Origin: a virus
DNA length: 64,000 nt
Strand: one strand, 5' to 3'
Virus record (IMG/VR): IMGVR_UViG_3300048920_000077
Below the pieces are notes generated by a model. That model saw only the letters and a list, made by a program, of their open reading frames with translations, made no database searches and had not been told where the DNA came from. Both the position numbers and the translations under genes were made by a program. Of the stretch, positions 1 through 9,848 are shown in pieces; position 1 is the first letter of the stretch, and the number at the start of each line of letters is the position of its first letter.

Positions 1-47
1 CGGCGGGTGCGGGCTTTGACCGTCTGCCAGTCGAAGCCCTTGGCCAT
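1..47 (-). CDS. partial CDS (first 15 codons, MAKGFDWQTVKARTR...), continues past the left edge; unknown head-associated protein
   Basis: ATG at 47-45 overlaps the TAA of the upstream gene (TAATG coupling). The frame is open to the window edge. Confidence 0.3.
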   Translation of the reverse strand, partial: MAKGFDWQTVKARTR

Positions 48-400
48 TACAGGTCGCCTTCGTCAGCGTCTGTTGACTTCTGCTCGTCGGCCAGTTTGGC
101 TTTCTCCTGAGCGGCCGCTTGCTTTTTCTTCTCGGCTGCTGTCAGCGGCTTATCGCCTTCCGGTGCCTTCTCGACGTCTTTCTTATCGTCTTCCGGCGCT
201 TTCGGCTTAGGCTGGTCTGACTGGGTCAGGTCGAGAATGCGATCGGAATCGCTGTTAGCTTTGCGCAGAGCGCCCTTGTGCGCGCCTTCGATGTTCTCCA
301 CTTCTTCTGCAGTGAAGTCGAATTTGGTGTTCGGCTGCAGAAGCTGACGTTTGCCGTTGCGGAACACGACGACGGAGATGTTAGTAATACGTTGCGGCAT
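47..400 (-). CDS. hypothetical protein downstream of the capsid gene, Lys/Glu-rich, acidic C-terminal tail (...DADEGDL)
   Basis: ORF 47..433 trimmed to the ATG at 400, which is preceded by GAGGAA. Same strand as the head genes. No family recognised. Confidence 0.6.
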   Translation of the reverse strand: MPQRITNISVVVFRNGKRQLLQPNTKFDFTAEEVENIEGAHKGALRKANSDSDRILDLTQSDQPKPKAPEDDKKDVEKAPEGDKPLTAAEKKKQAAAQEKAKLADEQKSTDADEGDL

Positions 401-420
401 AGTAGGTTCCTCAAGTGAAT

Positions 421-449
421 GAAAAGGCGGCACACTGGCCGCCCTTTTA
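421..449 (-). terminator. intrinsic terminator-like hairpin after the major capsid gene
   Basis: GGCGGC-N6-GCCGCC stem flanked by A4 and T4. On the minus-strand RNA the stem is followed by UUUUC. Confidence 0.5.
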
Positions 450-481
450 GTTTAGCTCGTTAAGGTCTGGCAGACCCCATA

Positions 482-1558
482 TTAAGGGGTAGTGCCGGTC
501 TTAATCAAGAAGGTTGCGTTCGCATCGCCTGGAACCATCAGCGGAGCGGACTGGGACATGAAGAACTCTTCCCATGGGTCTTCTTGCGACACCCAGTTTT
601 TCGAGAAGATTTCCATCGCCTTCCAGCCAGCACGGCCGTCTTTGATGGCGCCGAAACAACGAACACCGGAGAACACTGCTGGCGCGATGCCGAAGACTTC
701 GGACGGCTCCAGGAAGTATTTCTGCGCGTTGGTTTCCGCATCCAGGTAGGTCGCTTCGTAGATCCAGATACGGATTTCGCCAGCGCCGTTCAGACCGGAC
801 ACGCGGCCAACGAACTCCAGACCTTCGAACTGATCCAGCAGACGGGTGATCTGAGTATCGGAACCGCCGAGACGGGTATCCATCAGACCGCCCAGGCCTA
901 CCAGCAGTTCTTTGTGGGCTTTGAAGTACGCGTTATACGCATCGCGGCCGAAGTAGACATCGACGATTCGCGCGCCAGATTCGGTGTTAGCGATACGGCG
1001 CAGCGCGGAGATGTCGCCCATAGGGTCGGCACCAGCAGCGCTCCAGTCAGATACCAGCGTCAGTCCGGCGTTACGCGGGAACACAACGGTACGGGTCGGA
1101 TACTTCTCGCCGGAGATAGTGACTTGCGCGTTCTTCGCGGCTTCACATGCCAGCCATTCGAAACGGTTGTAGATGCGTTGTTTCTGCTGCGCCGCCAGGT
1201 CGGCCACGATGATGTCGTGACGCTGCTGGTTGGTGTACGAACCGGACACCATAGTTTCACCCGGCATACGCATCAGCGGGGCATTGATGTCGACTTCGTC
1301 TTTCTCCTTGATGTACGCAGGAGCCAGGGAGTCGGCAGTGTAGCCTTCGCGGCGGTTGATCCAGCCTTGCACGTTAGGCGCAACGAATGGAGCAACACGA
1401 CGGTAGTTGGTGTTCACACGTTCGAAGAAAATCTTATCCGTTTCGAAATAGATCGAACGGCCATAGAAGCCTAAGAACAGGGAGAACGGGACTTTGATTT
1501 TGCGAATAACGCCGCCCGCGGTCTGCGTATCCCAAGGGTTGACGACTTGATCGGACAT
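482..1558 (-). CDS. major capsid protein, lambda gpE-like family
   Basis: 358 aa. Sits after the decoration gene in a lambda-order head module. The N-terminal pattern (...IYFETDKIFFERV...RRVAPFVAPNVQG...) is typical of the capsid protein E family. Confidence 0.85.
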   Translation of the reverse strand: MSDQVVNPWDTQTAGGVIRKIKVPFSLFLGFYGRSIYFETDKIFFERVNTNYRRVAPFVAPNVQGWINRREGYTADSLAPAYIKEKDEVDINAPLMRMPGETMVSGSYTNQQRHDIIVADLAAQQKQRIYNRFEWLACEAAKNAQVTISGEKYPTRTVVFPRNAGLTLVSDWSAAGADPMGDISALRRIANTESGARIVDVYFGRDAYNAYFKAHKELLVGLGGLMDTRLGGSDTQITRLLDQFEGLEFVGRVSGLNGAGEIRIWIYEATYLDAETNAQKYFLEPSEVFGIAPAVFSGVRCFGAIKDGRAGWKAMEIFSKNWVSQEDPWEEFFMSQSAPLMVPGDANATFLIKTGTTP

Positions 1559-1626
1559 TCTGAATTCCCCTATTACCCGATAATCGGTAAACGCCCGATC
1601 ATCGGGCGTCCATGTTTATGATTGCG

Positions 1627-2028
1627 TTAGCCTAACAGACGGCCGACGAAAATGTTAGACCCTGCGTATGCAAAAGCCAGACGGCGTTTGTCGTAGGTGT
1701 CAATGGACGCTGGCCACACCAGCGCTTCGTGGTTCGGCGCACCTGAATCATAAACCTGAATGTGGTCGCCGCCAACCGTCGGCTGCGCGGTAAAACCGAC
1801 AGGAACGGTTTCGTCGCCAGTACCGGCCGGATTGTACTTGATGTACTGGCCATTGGTTTTATTCAGCGCCACCACTTCGTATTTTTTATACTCAACGGTG
1901 TTCGCCCCGCCCGCCACGCCGCTGGACGTGTGTTTCGGATATTCGCCAGCCCAAAGCTGTTGCGGTTTGACGCCGTCCCAGTTTGAGTTACCGGCCAGAT
2001 CATCCGGTTCGTAAATTGCTTGTACCAT
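1627..2028 (-). CDS. head decoration protein, lambda gpD-like
   Basis: 133 aa between the protease/scaffold and capsid genes. The C-terminus LVWPASIDTYDKRRLAFAYAG parallels lambda gpD ...VLWPEAASDETKKRTAFAG. Confidence 0.7.
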   Translation of the reverse strand: MVQAIYEPDDLAGNSNWDGVKPQQLWAGEYPKHTSSGVAGGANTVEYKKYEVVALNKTNGQYIKYNPAGTGDETVPVGFTAQPTVGGDHIQVYDSGAPNHEALVWPASIDTYDKRRLAFAYAGSNIFVGRLLG

Positions 2029-2062
2029 TTCTCTTCTCCGTCAGGTCAGTGGACCGGTTGGC

Positions 2063-3406
2063 TTACGCGGTTTTCATTTCATCCGGGATCAGCGCCAGGA
2101 TGTCGGCCATGCGGTTCTCTTCGCTGGCTTTTTCCTGGTTAGGCTTGATCTCAGGGTTTTTGGTGTCTTCCATTGCCTTAGCGAAGGTATTGGAACCGTC
2201 GTTCTCAGCTTTGGTACCGTTTTTGGTTGGATCGGTTTCGGCCTTTTCAACCGGAGCCGGTGCCGCCGGTGCGGTCACTTTATCCAGGATAGCGCAGCAC
2301 ATCTCAGACGACAGGTCAGTATCGTATGCGAGGAACGACGCTAAGTCGCTTTGTGCTGACGCATTCGCATGGGTGTTAATCGCTTTCATGCGGGCGCGCG
2401 ATTCCAGTTCGATGGTTTTTGCATCGACCGGCGCTTCGGCCTGCGCTTCGGTAGTTGGCTTGTTGGTCACTTTTGCTGCATTAGACATATCGTCTTCCTC
2501 GTCATCATTTTCGTCGAAGGGATCATACCCGTCAGCCATTCTTGACATCGCGGTAAGAATCTCTGCCGATGGATCGTTAATTGCGTCAATCAGTTTTAAC
2601 TCTACCGCTTGTTCTGCCGTGTAGCAATCCGCCTCGGTAGCCAGGACAGATTCTAGTGTGATTCCCCGACCTTCTGCAACGGTTTCGGCGAAATCCTGTC
2701 GAATCTCTTCCAGTCGCGCTTCGGTCTTTTCCTTCACATCCGGATCCAATTTTTCGAATTGGTTGCCATCCACTTTGTGTTTACCGGCGTACATGAGCGT
2801 GACTTTCATGCCGATCGAGTCCATAAGTTCAGACACGTCGATGTGCATGGTCATCGCACCAACGGAGCCGGCCCCGCCACTTGGGGTCGACACCAGCTTG
2901 TCTACCTGGGAGCCTAACCAGTAGGCCGCCGAATAGCAACGCGAGTCGATGATACCCATCGTCGGGGTTTCCATGGCTGCAATGATGGCGCCCGCTTCCG
3001 CGCAGCCGGATACTTCCCCGCCGCCGGAGTTGATGTCGTACACGATCAGCTGTACGTCGGGATCGGCATCCGCCATCATCGACATTTTGGAAATGTACTG
3101 ATAGCCAGTCACCCACCCCCACGAACCGCCGAAGCGATTAATCAGCATCCCGTGAATAGGAATAACCGCCACGCCTCCGGCAAAAGCATACGGCTTTTCG
3201 TTAATCTCCGGCTGCATACCATAGGCGGCGACCACTTCCGCTTTCCATGTTGCATACAGCGCTTCTTCGTCTGCGCGTTCTTCCGGTGTCAGCGCCAGGA
3301 ACCGGCCGAGGTCGATATCCATTGACGCTTCCGGAACCGCCAGTAATGGCTGCAGGCTGATACGTCTGGCCACGGCCTGAGCGATGGTCGTATTAATTTG
3401 AGGCAT
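2063..3406 (-). CDS. head maturation protease (S49/ClpP-fold, gpC-like) with an acidic scaffold-like C-terminal half
   Basis: S49-type motifs (INSGGGEVSG, SAAYWLGSQ, GGAGSVG). ORF trimmed to MPQINTT at 3406, preceded by AGAAGGAAAA. The C-terminal third is low-complexity and acidic, like Nu3. Confidence 0.8.
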   Translation of the reverse strand: MPQINTTIAQAVARRISLQPLLAVPEASMDIDLGRFLALTPEERADEEALYATWKAEVVAAYGMQPEINEKPYAFAGGVAVIPIHGMLINRFGGSWGWVTGYQYISKMSMMADADPDVQLIVYDINSGGGEVSGCAEAGAIIAAMETPTMGIIDSRCYSAAYWLGSQVDKLVSTPSGGAGSVGAMTMHIDVSELMDSIGMKVTLMYAGKHKVDGNQFEKLDPDVKEKTEARLEEIRQDFAETVAEGRGITLESVLATEADCYTAEQAVELKLIDAINDPSAEILTAMSRMADGYDPFDENDDEEDDMSNAAKVTNKPTTEAQAEAPVDAKTIELESRARMKAINTHANASAQSDLASFLAYDTDLSSEMCCAILDKVTAPAAPAPVEKAETDPTKNGTKAENDGSNTFAKAMEDTKNPEIKPNQEKASEENRMADILALIPDEMKTA

Positions 3407-5039
3407 CTGCGTTTTCCTTCTGGTCCTGGGTATCGTTGTTAGACATGGTCTGCTGACGGTCATTCGCCCCAGGCTTCGTTGCTTCACTGGAGAATGTCAG
3501 GCCAGCGGCCTTAATCAATTTCTCTTCTTTCTGACGCTGGCGCACCACGTCTTTGAAGTACATGCCGAGGTTCGCGGCTTCTTTGTCGTAGGTGGAGAAG
3601 CCTGCAGCAACGCGCATAACGGCCGCCTGAGTTTCTTTGACCTCGTCAATCTGGCCACGTCCGGCGCCAATCCACAGACAACCGGTCAGCGCTTGCTTAA
3701 CGAGCGGAGCATACAGGATCGATGGCTTCATTCCCACTGGCATCGGTAGGTTGCCCGCGTTCCAGTCTTCCTCTAGATACAGGTCGTACACTTCACCGGC
3801 CATGCGGTCAGCGATGGTTTTCTTCTTCGCTTGCATACGCTTGTGCGTCAGGTTCATGGCCGCGCGGGCAGACGAATAGTTCGTCTTAGAGAAGTCGCGG
3901 GCGAACTCTTCATACGAATAGCCGAGCGATGCCGCGATATGGCGAATCAGGGAGATCTCAAACTCGGTACCGACACCGCCTGGCGTACCTAACTGCTGCA
4001 TGTTCAGTTTCGTGTTCGGGAACAGAACCGGAATGCTGGCGCCGTCGATCGTCAGGTTATTCGCTCCGCCCATGTACTCCTGCAGGCGGGACATGAACTG
4101 GCCGAGATATTCTTCCATGCCGAGTGAGTTTCCGCCCATGGCACCAGCAAGCATTTCCATTGGCAGTTCCGATTCCATCGTGGCCGCGTAGCTGGCTTTG
4201 ATGACGGCGTTCTGCAGAGTGATGTCCTGGAACCGACGGGTCATTCGCATCTGTTTCAGCGCGGCCACCATTTCAGACAGACCGCGAGTCTGGCCTGGAA
4301 GGTCGCGTTCGCAGATATGGACAAGCATTTTGCGCCCCCACGGCTTTTCTGCTTCGACTCGCTGCCATGTCACCTGTTGTGTCGTGCTGTACGGGTCGCC
4401 CATGTAGCCGTTTCGGATGTGGTAGGCGATAGGGCGTTCATACATGTCCAGTTCGACACCGCGGCGAAGACGCAACGTATCGGGGCCATTGTCGGGGTTA
4501 CAGAGCCGGTCCGGGGCGATTAACTGGATGGCCGTGTTAAGCGGGCGGCCAAGTTGGCGAATCCATTCGGACGAGAAAATGATCTCGCCGGAATAGACGT
4601 GGGACGCCAGGCCAAGGCGAATCAGGCTTGACAGCGTATCGCGGCGAGTGGCGTCCAGATAGTTAGCGCGGGATTCAGCCAGTAGGTTGAAGCGACCTTC
4701 CACGGCCATGGAGAATTCTTCTTCCCACGCATCGTCGAAGCGCGGGTCGATAGTTTTCAACACGTCGATATTCGGCTGCGCGATCAGCATGTAGCTGGCG
4801 CCGACGATACTGTCGCGGGTGGAGTGCAACACGCCGGACAGATAGCCGTCGTTCATCATGGCGTCGCGGCTGCGGTCATCCGTGATTTTCTTGGCGCCGT
4901 TCACCAGCGTATCCGGAGAGCCGCCGTATGGTTGCCAGCGCGCCATCTCGCGGGACATGATTTTAGCGCCTTCCAGTCCACCGCCGCCAAGTGCCATTGG
5001 CACCATCGCGTTCGACTCGGCGAGAGATAATTTTTTCAC
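3393..5039 (-). CDS. portal protein, lambda gpB family
   Basis: 548 aa, between gpW-like and protease genes. The N-terminal ...MARWQPYGGSPD...DRSRDAMMNDGY... pattern is typical of lambda-family portals. Confidence 0.85.
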   Translation of the reverse strand: MKKLSLAESNAMVPMALGGGGLEGAKIMSREMARWQPYGGSPDTLVNGAKKITDDRSRDAMMNDGYLSGVLHSTRDSIVGASYMLIAQPNIDVLKTIDPRFDDAWEEEFSMAVEGRFNLLAESRANYLDATRRDTLSSLIRLGLASHVYSGEIIFSSEWIRQLGRPLNTAIQLIAPDRLCNPDNGPDTLRLRRGVELDMYERPIAYHIRNGYMGDPYSTTQQVTWQRVEAEKPWGRKMLVHICERDLPGQTRGLSEMVAALKQMRMTRRFQDITLQNAVIKASYAATMESELPMEMLAGAMGGNSLGMEEYLGQFMSRLQEYMGGANNLTIDGASIPVLFPNTKLNMQQLGTPGGVGTEFEISLIRHIAASLGYSYEEFARDFSKTNYSSARAAMNLTHKRMQAKKKTIADRMAGEVYDLYLEEDWNAGNLPMPVGMKPSILYAPLVKQALTGCLWIGAGRGQIDEVKETQAAVMRVAAGFSTYDKEAANLGMYFKDVVRQRQKEEKLIKAAGLTFSSEATKPGANDRQQTMSNNDTQDQKENADASN

Positions 5040-5049
5040 TGTCTTCCCC

Positions 5050-5307
5050 TTAGAAGATGAATCGGAACGCTTTCTGCGGCTGCGAGGCTGGCGTACAAAT
5101 GCAGCCGTTTTCGCGCATGTACGACAGCAGCGTTTGAATGTACTGGTTCAGCGCCTGACGGTTTGCCGCGGTGAATTCCACGCGCTCGCCGTTCTGGTCT
5201 ACCACGACACGCACTGCGCCGCCCGTCACCAACTGGCTATACGCCTTTCGTGCATCCGCCAGCATGTCCTGCAGTTCTTCGCAGGTAAGTCCAGAACAAT
5301 CAAACAT
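5050..5307 (-). CDS. head-tail joining protein, gpW-like
   Basis: 85 aa between terL and portal, as in lambda. Carries the helical L..A...Y..L..G pattern of gpW. Confidence 0.6.
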   Translation of the reverse strand: MFDCSGLTCEELQDMLADARKAYSQLVTGGAVRVVVDQNGERVEFTAANRQALNQYIQTLLSYMRENGCICTPASQPQKAFRFIF

Positions 5308-5315
5308 AAATCCCC

Positions 5316-7394
5316 CTAAGCCATTTCCGAACCGAATTTAGCGAAATCATAGCGGGAAGCGGGCGCGCGGACAATCGCGCCTTTCTCTGTTATGAGTTCG
5401 ACCATGATATTTTTCTCCCACTCTTCCGCCCACAGCGGCGGCCGGTCCCACTGAATGTGTTCAATGCCGATGTAAGGGGAGATGGCACCGGCGATGCAGT
5501 ATACGCCTAAGTCCCATGCTTCGTTTCGCTCGCTGTTCGGGTTCTCCCACCCCTTCGGTGTGCGTACCTCCACGCAGAGTTCACGGTAATAGTCGTCGGA
5601 CAGCCAGTCCGGATGAACGACCATGCCTTTGCCTGGCGTCATCACCCCCAGTCGGCCGTCGAACATATCTTTAACCAGGTTGGTGTTGATCAGCAGCACC
5701 GGAATTTCCCCGCGCGCGTTGGCGTAACGGTCTTTACGGGTGGAATCCGGATACGTCAGCGCCACGCGTGGGGTGTTCGGGGTGTTGCGCCCTTTAATCA
5801 GCAGGAATCGCCCGCCCAGTCCATAATCTCCGCTGTTCAACTGACGGTAATAATTATACGCGTTAGCTGTCACGCCCGCGCGGCCGCCGGAGTCACAAAC
5901 GGTCAGTTTGACGGCCATGTGGCCAATGCCGCCTTCCAGTGGGTACTTCGCGCGGATGACCTGACGCGTGATGGTGTGCCAGTCGTCCAGGTACCCTGCA
6001 GGATCGAGCGGTTCCGGATCCCCGTTGTCGTCTAGTCGCTGGTCGTTCTTCACGATGTCGAACCGGTCAATCAGCACCTGATCAAACGGTTGTCCGGGAC
6101 GGATGCCCCACACCTGCACCACGAATTTCGACTTCTGGACGTCGATGGTGGCCATCAGGAACCGGACGTCGTTCGGCACCTGCTTAACCGGCAACGAGAT
6201 GGCCATGGCCTTAATGCTATCCGGCGACCGGACCGACCGCATAGATTTCGGCAGGTATGGCATACCCATGTCCGTGTTCCAGAACTTTTTCAATGCCTCT
6301 TCCGACATCGTGCGCTGGTACTCGTCCTCGGCGTTCAGGTAGTAGAACACCAGCTTTTCCCACGTCACGAATGCGGCGGCCACGCCTTTCAGCCAGTACG
6401 AAGCGATAAGGTTATCCGGTACCTCGCCGACCAGTTGGCCATTTTCGATGCGCATACCTTCCGGCACCCATATACCCCATTGCTGCATTTCTCGGCGGTC
6501 TTTGTAGTCGATCAGGCTCCCGCACTCAGGGCAGATCATCTGGACGGTACGGGCTTTCTCCAGGTTGGTCGGCTTCGTCTTATCCCACGTCAGCAGTTCG
6601 AACCGGCCTTCGAAATACTCTTCGCAGTGCGGGCATGGCCAGAACCACAAACGGCGGTCGCCGCGGTTATACAGGTTGGCGATACCATCGCACGGTGGCG
6701 CTTCGTGTGGGCTGCGGGCAATCCACTTCGGGTCGATAATCGGCATAGACGGCGAGGACTCCGCCATGCACATGGCCATGGAGCCGAACGTGGTGGTACG
6801 TTTTGAGCCGAGGTCGAACGGGGAGCCTTCGCCGCCCACGTCCATCGGGAATCGGTCATAGTCGGTCATCAAAACTCGCCCGATTGGACGACCCGCCAAT
6901 TCACCTGGCGCCGGATGCGACAGCGACAGGATGGTGCCGTTTTTGAAGTGTTTGTCGAACACGTTATCCGCGTCACGCCCTTTCAAAAGCTGCTCGCCGA
7001 CTTTCTTCGAATGCAGCATAAGACGGTCGATACGACGAATGGAGAAGTCACGGGCAAGGTTGTGCGTCGGGTTGTAGATGATCATGTCCATCGGGTCGAC
7101 GATGGTGGTATACAGCGTGGTATTCAGGATCATGGAGTCCGTCTTACCCGTCTGCGCCGACATCATCAGCGCCATGGCAATTTTCGTCCTGCTGGTAAAC
7201 ATGTCCATCGGCTCAACCATGTACGGGGTTTCCGAGTTCTTCCATGGTCCGATGTATGCACCTGGCTGGTAGACGTACCGGTATTTCATCGCCGCCTGCG
7301 AAACGGAGATACGTTCCGGCGCGCGGATGGTGTCTACCAGGTCAAGAAAGACGTCGTACAGCGAATCGAAGGTCTTAGAGTTCGTCGTTTTCAT
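5316..7394 (-). CDS. terL: terminase large subunit, lambda gpA family
   Basis: 692 aa. Walker A-like SAQTGKTD. The N-terminal PYMVEPMD motif and overall length are typical of gpA-type terminases. Confidence 0.9.
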   Translation of the reverse strand: MKTTNSKTFDSLYDVFLDLVDTIRAPERISVSQAAMKYRYVYQPGAYIGPWKNSETPYMVEPMDMFTSRTKIAMALMMSAQTGKTDSMILNTTLYTTIVDPMDMIIYNPTHNLARDFSIRRIDRLMLHSKKVGEQLLKGRDADNVFDKHFKNGTILSLSHPAPGELAGRPIGRVLMTDYDRFPMDVGGEGSPFDLGSKRTTTFGSMAMCMAESSPSMPIIDPKWIARSPHEAPPCDGIANLYNRGDRRLWFWPCPHCEEYFEGRFELLTWDKTKPTNLEKARTVQMICPECGSLIDYKDRREMQQWGIWVPEGMRIENGQLVGEVPDNLIASYWLKGVAAAFVTWEKLVFYYLNAEDEYQRTMSEEALKKFWNTDMGMPYLPKSMRSVRSPDSIKAMAISLPVKQVPNDVRFLMATIDVQKSKFVVQVWGIRPGQPFDQVLIDRFDIVKNDQRLDDNGDPEPLDPAGYLDDWHTITRQVIRAKYPLEGGIGHMAVKLTVCDSGGRAGVTANAYNYYRQLNSGDYGLGGRFLLIKGRNTPNTPRVALTYPDSTRKDRYANARGEIPVLLINTNLVKDMFDGRLGVMTPGKGMVVHPDWLSDDYYRELCVEVRTPKGWENPNSERNEAWDLGVYCIAGAISPYIGIEHIQWDRPPLWAEEWEKNIMVELITEKGAIVRAPASRYDFAKFGSEMA

Positions 7395-7947
7395 CTTCTT
7401 CGTCCTTTAAGCGCTGGAATGCCCCGCCGAGGGTTTCGCGGGTCATATTAATCAGGCTATCCATTTCCTGTACCAATGCTTCGCGCTGCTGCTCACTCAG
7501 GATTTCACGACGATCGATGGTGTCCTGCACCTGACGGACTCCGGTAACGAAGTTCTTCACCCACACGCCCAGCAGCATCTGAATCTGAGACGTCTCCCAC
7601 AATTCCCCTTCTTCTCGGAGATAGGTCAGGCGGGCGCGCTTACCGTTCCAGAACTCCTTCGACAGCAGCGGAGGCAGGTCTTGCGGGTTCATGGTTCGAA
7701 GGCGTTCTTCGATAAACGCCGGATCGATGTCGCAGAGATATCCGGCGACGTCGCGCAATTTGTAGATAGGGTTTCCGTTTCGATTGGCGCATGGTTTCAC
7801 TCCGGCATCGTGGATGTAGCGCGTCACCGTTCGACGGTCACGATCGAAGATATCGGCCAGTTGTGAGATTGAACAGCCTTCGTGGATCATCGACCGCGTC
7901 TTTTCGTCGGGGCCGGCGTTCTTAATGTCTTTGCGATTGTCTGCCAT
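7375..7947 (-). CDS. terS: terminase small subunit (HTH DNA-binding)
   Basis: 190 aa directly upstream of terL, overlapping it by 20 nt. HTH-like CSISQLADIFDRDRRTVTRYI. Acidic tail ...DEEDENDEL. Confidence 0.65.
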   Translation of the reverse strand: MADNRKDIKNAGPDEKTRSMIHEGCSISQLADIFDRDRRTVTRYIHDAGVKPCANRNGNPIYKLRDVAGYLCDIDPAFIEERLRTMNPQDLPPLLSKEFWNGKRARLTYLREEGELWETSQIQMLLGVWVKNFVTGVRQVQDTIDRREILSEQQREALVQEMDSLINMTRETLGGAFQRLKDEEDENDEL

Positions 7948-7962
7948 GTCAGTCCTTAAAAT

Positions 7963-8004
7963 GAAAAAAGACGCTGCCGATAATTTACGGCGAACGTCTT
8001 TGTA
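7963..8004 (-). terminator. hairpin plus U-run between the SNF2 helicase gene and terS
   Basis: Minus-strand RNA reads AAAGACGUUCGCCG-loop-CGGCAGCGUCUUUUUUCAUUUU. The stem is imperfect. Confidence 0.45.
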
Positions 8005-8019
8005 TTTGCAACGTGTGAT

Positions 8020-9546
8020 TTACAGCAAGTCGTCTTCGTCGGCCATGGCCGTTGCCCGCGCTGCCTCTTCCACTCGTTTCATCGTCGCTTCCCTGACCTT
8101 ACGCTGCAGGTACCGGAGCCTGTTAAGCAGCGCCTGTTCGCCATCCTGTTTCTTCTTCAACGATTCCCATGTTCGCAGATCGTATGTGCCTTTGGAAAGC
8201 AGAAGGTGAACGAATACGCGTTCTTTCTGCCCCTGCCGGTCGAGTCGCCCGACGAACTGCAGGAAGTTTTCTAACGACGGGTGGATGTCGAAGAAACACA
8301 TCTGATTGGTTGGCTTCTGCAGGTTAAGGCCGTGCGCTGCAGACTGCGGGTGTGCGATCAGCATCTTGATTTTTCCCGCATCCCATTTCTTCTTGTACTT
8401 CCCTTCCTTGTCAAGAACTGTAGCCCACGGGAACCGTTTTTTCAGGCGTTCCAGTGATTCTTCCCAATGGTACGCCAGCAGCAGCGGTTTGCCGTCGAGC
8501 TGGTCCAGCAGTTCTTCCAGTTCATCCAGCTTTTCATCGTGGAGGTAGTGGGGTCGGCGTTTCAGCACCATTTTGCCTTCACGGGTAGGGTGCGGCTCCT
8601 TCCACGTCTCATACACCATGCCGCTGGCCATCTGCAGCAGTTTGCCCCAAACAGCCGCTGCATTATCGGCCACGATTTCGACCTCACCCAGTTCCAGGAC
8701 GCTTTCTTTCTCCATCGTCTTGTACTGCTGCTCGAACGTCGCCGACATCGGCAGGATGTGTTCGACGAAGTGCGGGTCTTCCTTCTTGCCGGGTAAATAC
8801 TCCGGTCCCATGACGAGGGTGATGTCAGAGATCTTTTTGTCGATTTCCGGTTTCAGTGTGTCGATGACTTCCCACTTGCGAGTGTAGTAGTCCTGGCGGA
8901 AATAGTCGTTCCGGTAGTGGGTGATAACCTTGCCGAGACGATCACCTGCGTCCAGAAGGGCGATCTGCGCGAACAGGCTTTCGTATCCTTCGGATGCCGG
9001 GGTGGCCGTCAGTTCGATAAGGCGTTCAATGTTGTTGAACTCCAGCAGCAGTTTTTTGAAGCGCTGCGACTTGTGGTCTTTGAACTTACTGGACTCGTCG
9101 ATGATCACGCCGTCGTATGGCCAGTCTCTGCGCCAGTAATCGACGAGGGCCGGCACCATCTCCATGTTGACCATGTCCACCGACGTTTTACTGGTGCGCG
9201 AGCGGCGAAGCACCGCCTGCGTTTTGGTTTCCTTGGACGTTTCCGGCTCGTCGGACAGCACCGTATAGTCCAGCATAGCGAGGTGGCGCCACTCGGCGAA
9301 CGTTTCTGGCCACGTCACACGGGACACGCGCAGCGGGGCGATAATCAGCCAGCGGTTAATCTCCAGGTTGGCCAGCGTATCGAACAGCACCGTACCGGCC
9401 ACGGTCGATTTGCCGAGGCCGAGCGCCATCCACAGGCCGCATTTCTTCACGCGCATGGCGAAGTCGATGGCCATTAGCTGATAATCGTGCTGGTGGTCGC
9501 GGGTGAGTTCCGCTGCTGCAGCGCGGGCATTAGCGTCGAAATACAT
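8020..9546 (-). CDS. SNF2/DEAD-like helicase
   Basis: Walker A LGLGKS, DExx box IIDESSKF and C-terminal helicase motifs (HPQSAAHGLNLQ, VGRLDRQGQ). Confidence 0.85.
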   Translation of the reverse strand: MYFDANARAAAAELTRDHQHDYQLMAIDFAMRVKKCGLWMALGLGKSTVAGTVLFDTLANLEINRWLIIAPLRVSRVTWPETFAEWRHLAMLDYTVLSDEPETSKETKTQAVLRRSRTSKTSVDMVNMEMVPALVDYWRRDWPYDGVIIDESSKFKDHKSQRFKKLLLEFNNIERLIELTATPASEGYESLFAQIALLDAGDRLGKVITHYRNDYFRQDYYTRKWEVIDTLKPEIDKKISDITLVMGPEYLPGKKEDPHFVEHILPMSATFEQQYKTMEKESVLELGEVEIVADNAAAVWGKLLQMASGMVYETWKEPHPTREGKMVLKRRPHYLHDEKLDELEELLDQLDGKPLLLAYHWEESLERLKKRFPWATVLDKEGKYKKKWDAGKIKMLIAHPQSAAHGLNLQKPTNQMCFFDIHPSLENFLQFVGRLDRQGQKERVFVHLLLSKGTYDLRTWESLKKKQDGEQALLNRLRYLQRKVREATMKRVEEAARATAMADEDDLL

Positions 9547-9844
9547 TTTTCGCGTCCTCCAGGCTGTCGAACCAGTGAACTTCTACGCCGTGTTTGGCCA
9601 GTTCCCGCGCGCGAATCTTCTGCAGGGGAGACGGACGCTTACCGAACTGCTTTATCTCGGCCAGGATGAACTCGCTTTTATCGCCAGTCTTCCGGACGAA
9701 GCCGCGGTCTGGCATCCCGTTGAACGCCGGACTGGTGACTTTGAACTGCATCCAGCCGTGGTACTCAGCGAACTCACAAATACTTTTTTCCACTTTCGAT
9801 TCGCGGATGGTGGCGGCCACCGCGAACGGGTCTTTTCTCGGCAT
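9530..9844 (-). CDS. VRR-NUC domain nuclease
   Basis: 104 aa. MPDRGF...FILAEIKQFGKRPSPLQ matches the PD...(D/E)xK...Q core of VRR-NUC. Confidence 0.75.
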   Translation of the reverse strand: MPRKDPFAVAATIRESKVEKSICEFAEYHGWMQFKVTSPAFNGMPDRGFVRKTGDKSEFILAEIKQFGKRPSPLQKIRARELAKHGVEVHWFDSLEDAKNVFRR

Positions 9845-9848
9845 ATCG

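Noticed and set aside
584-1474. Long antisense or alternative-strand ORFs opposite real genes. Examples: 584..1474(+), 9930..11207(+), 15147..16103(-), 16542..17273(-), 32397..33218(-), 45225..45899(+), 47314..48129(+), 50558..51358(+), 52433..53185(+), 55663..56409(+), 57744..58514(+), 60183..60902(+).
   Set aside because: They lie exactly opposite well-supported genes. Their translations are Arg/His/Val/Gly-rich low-complexity sequence with no motifs or SD sites. Such shadow ORFs are expected in GC-rich coding DNA with RNY codon bias.
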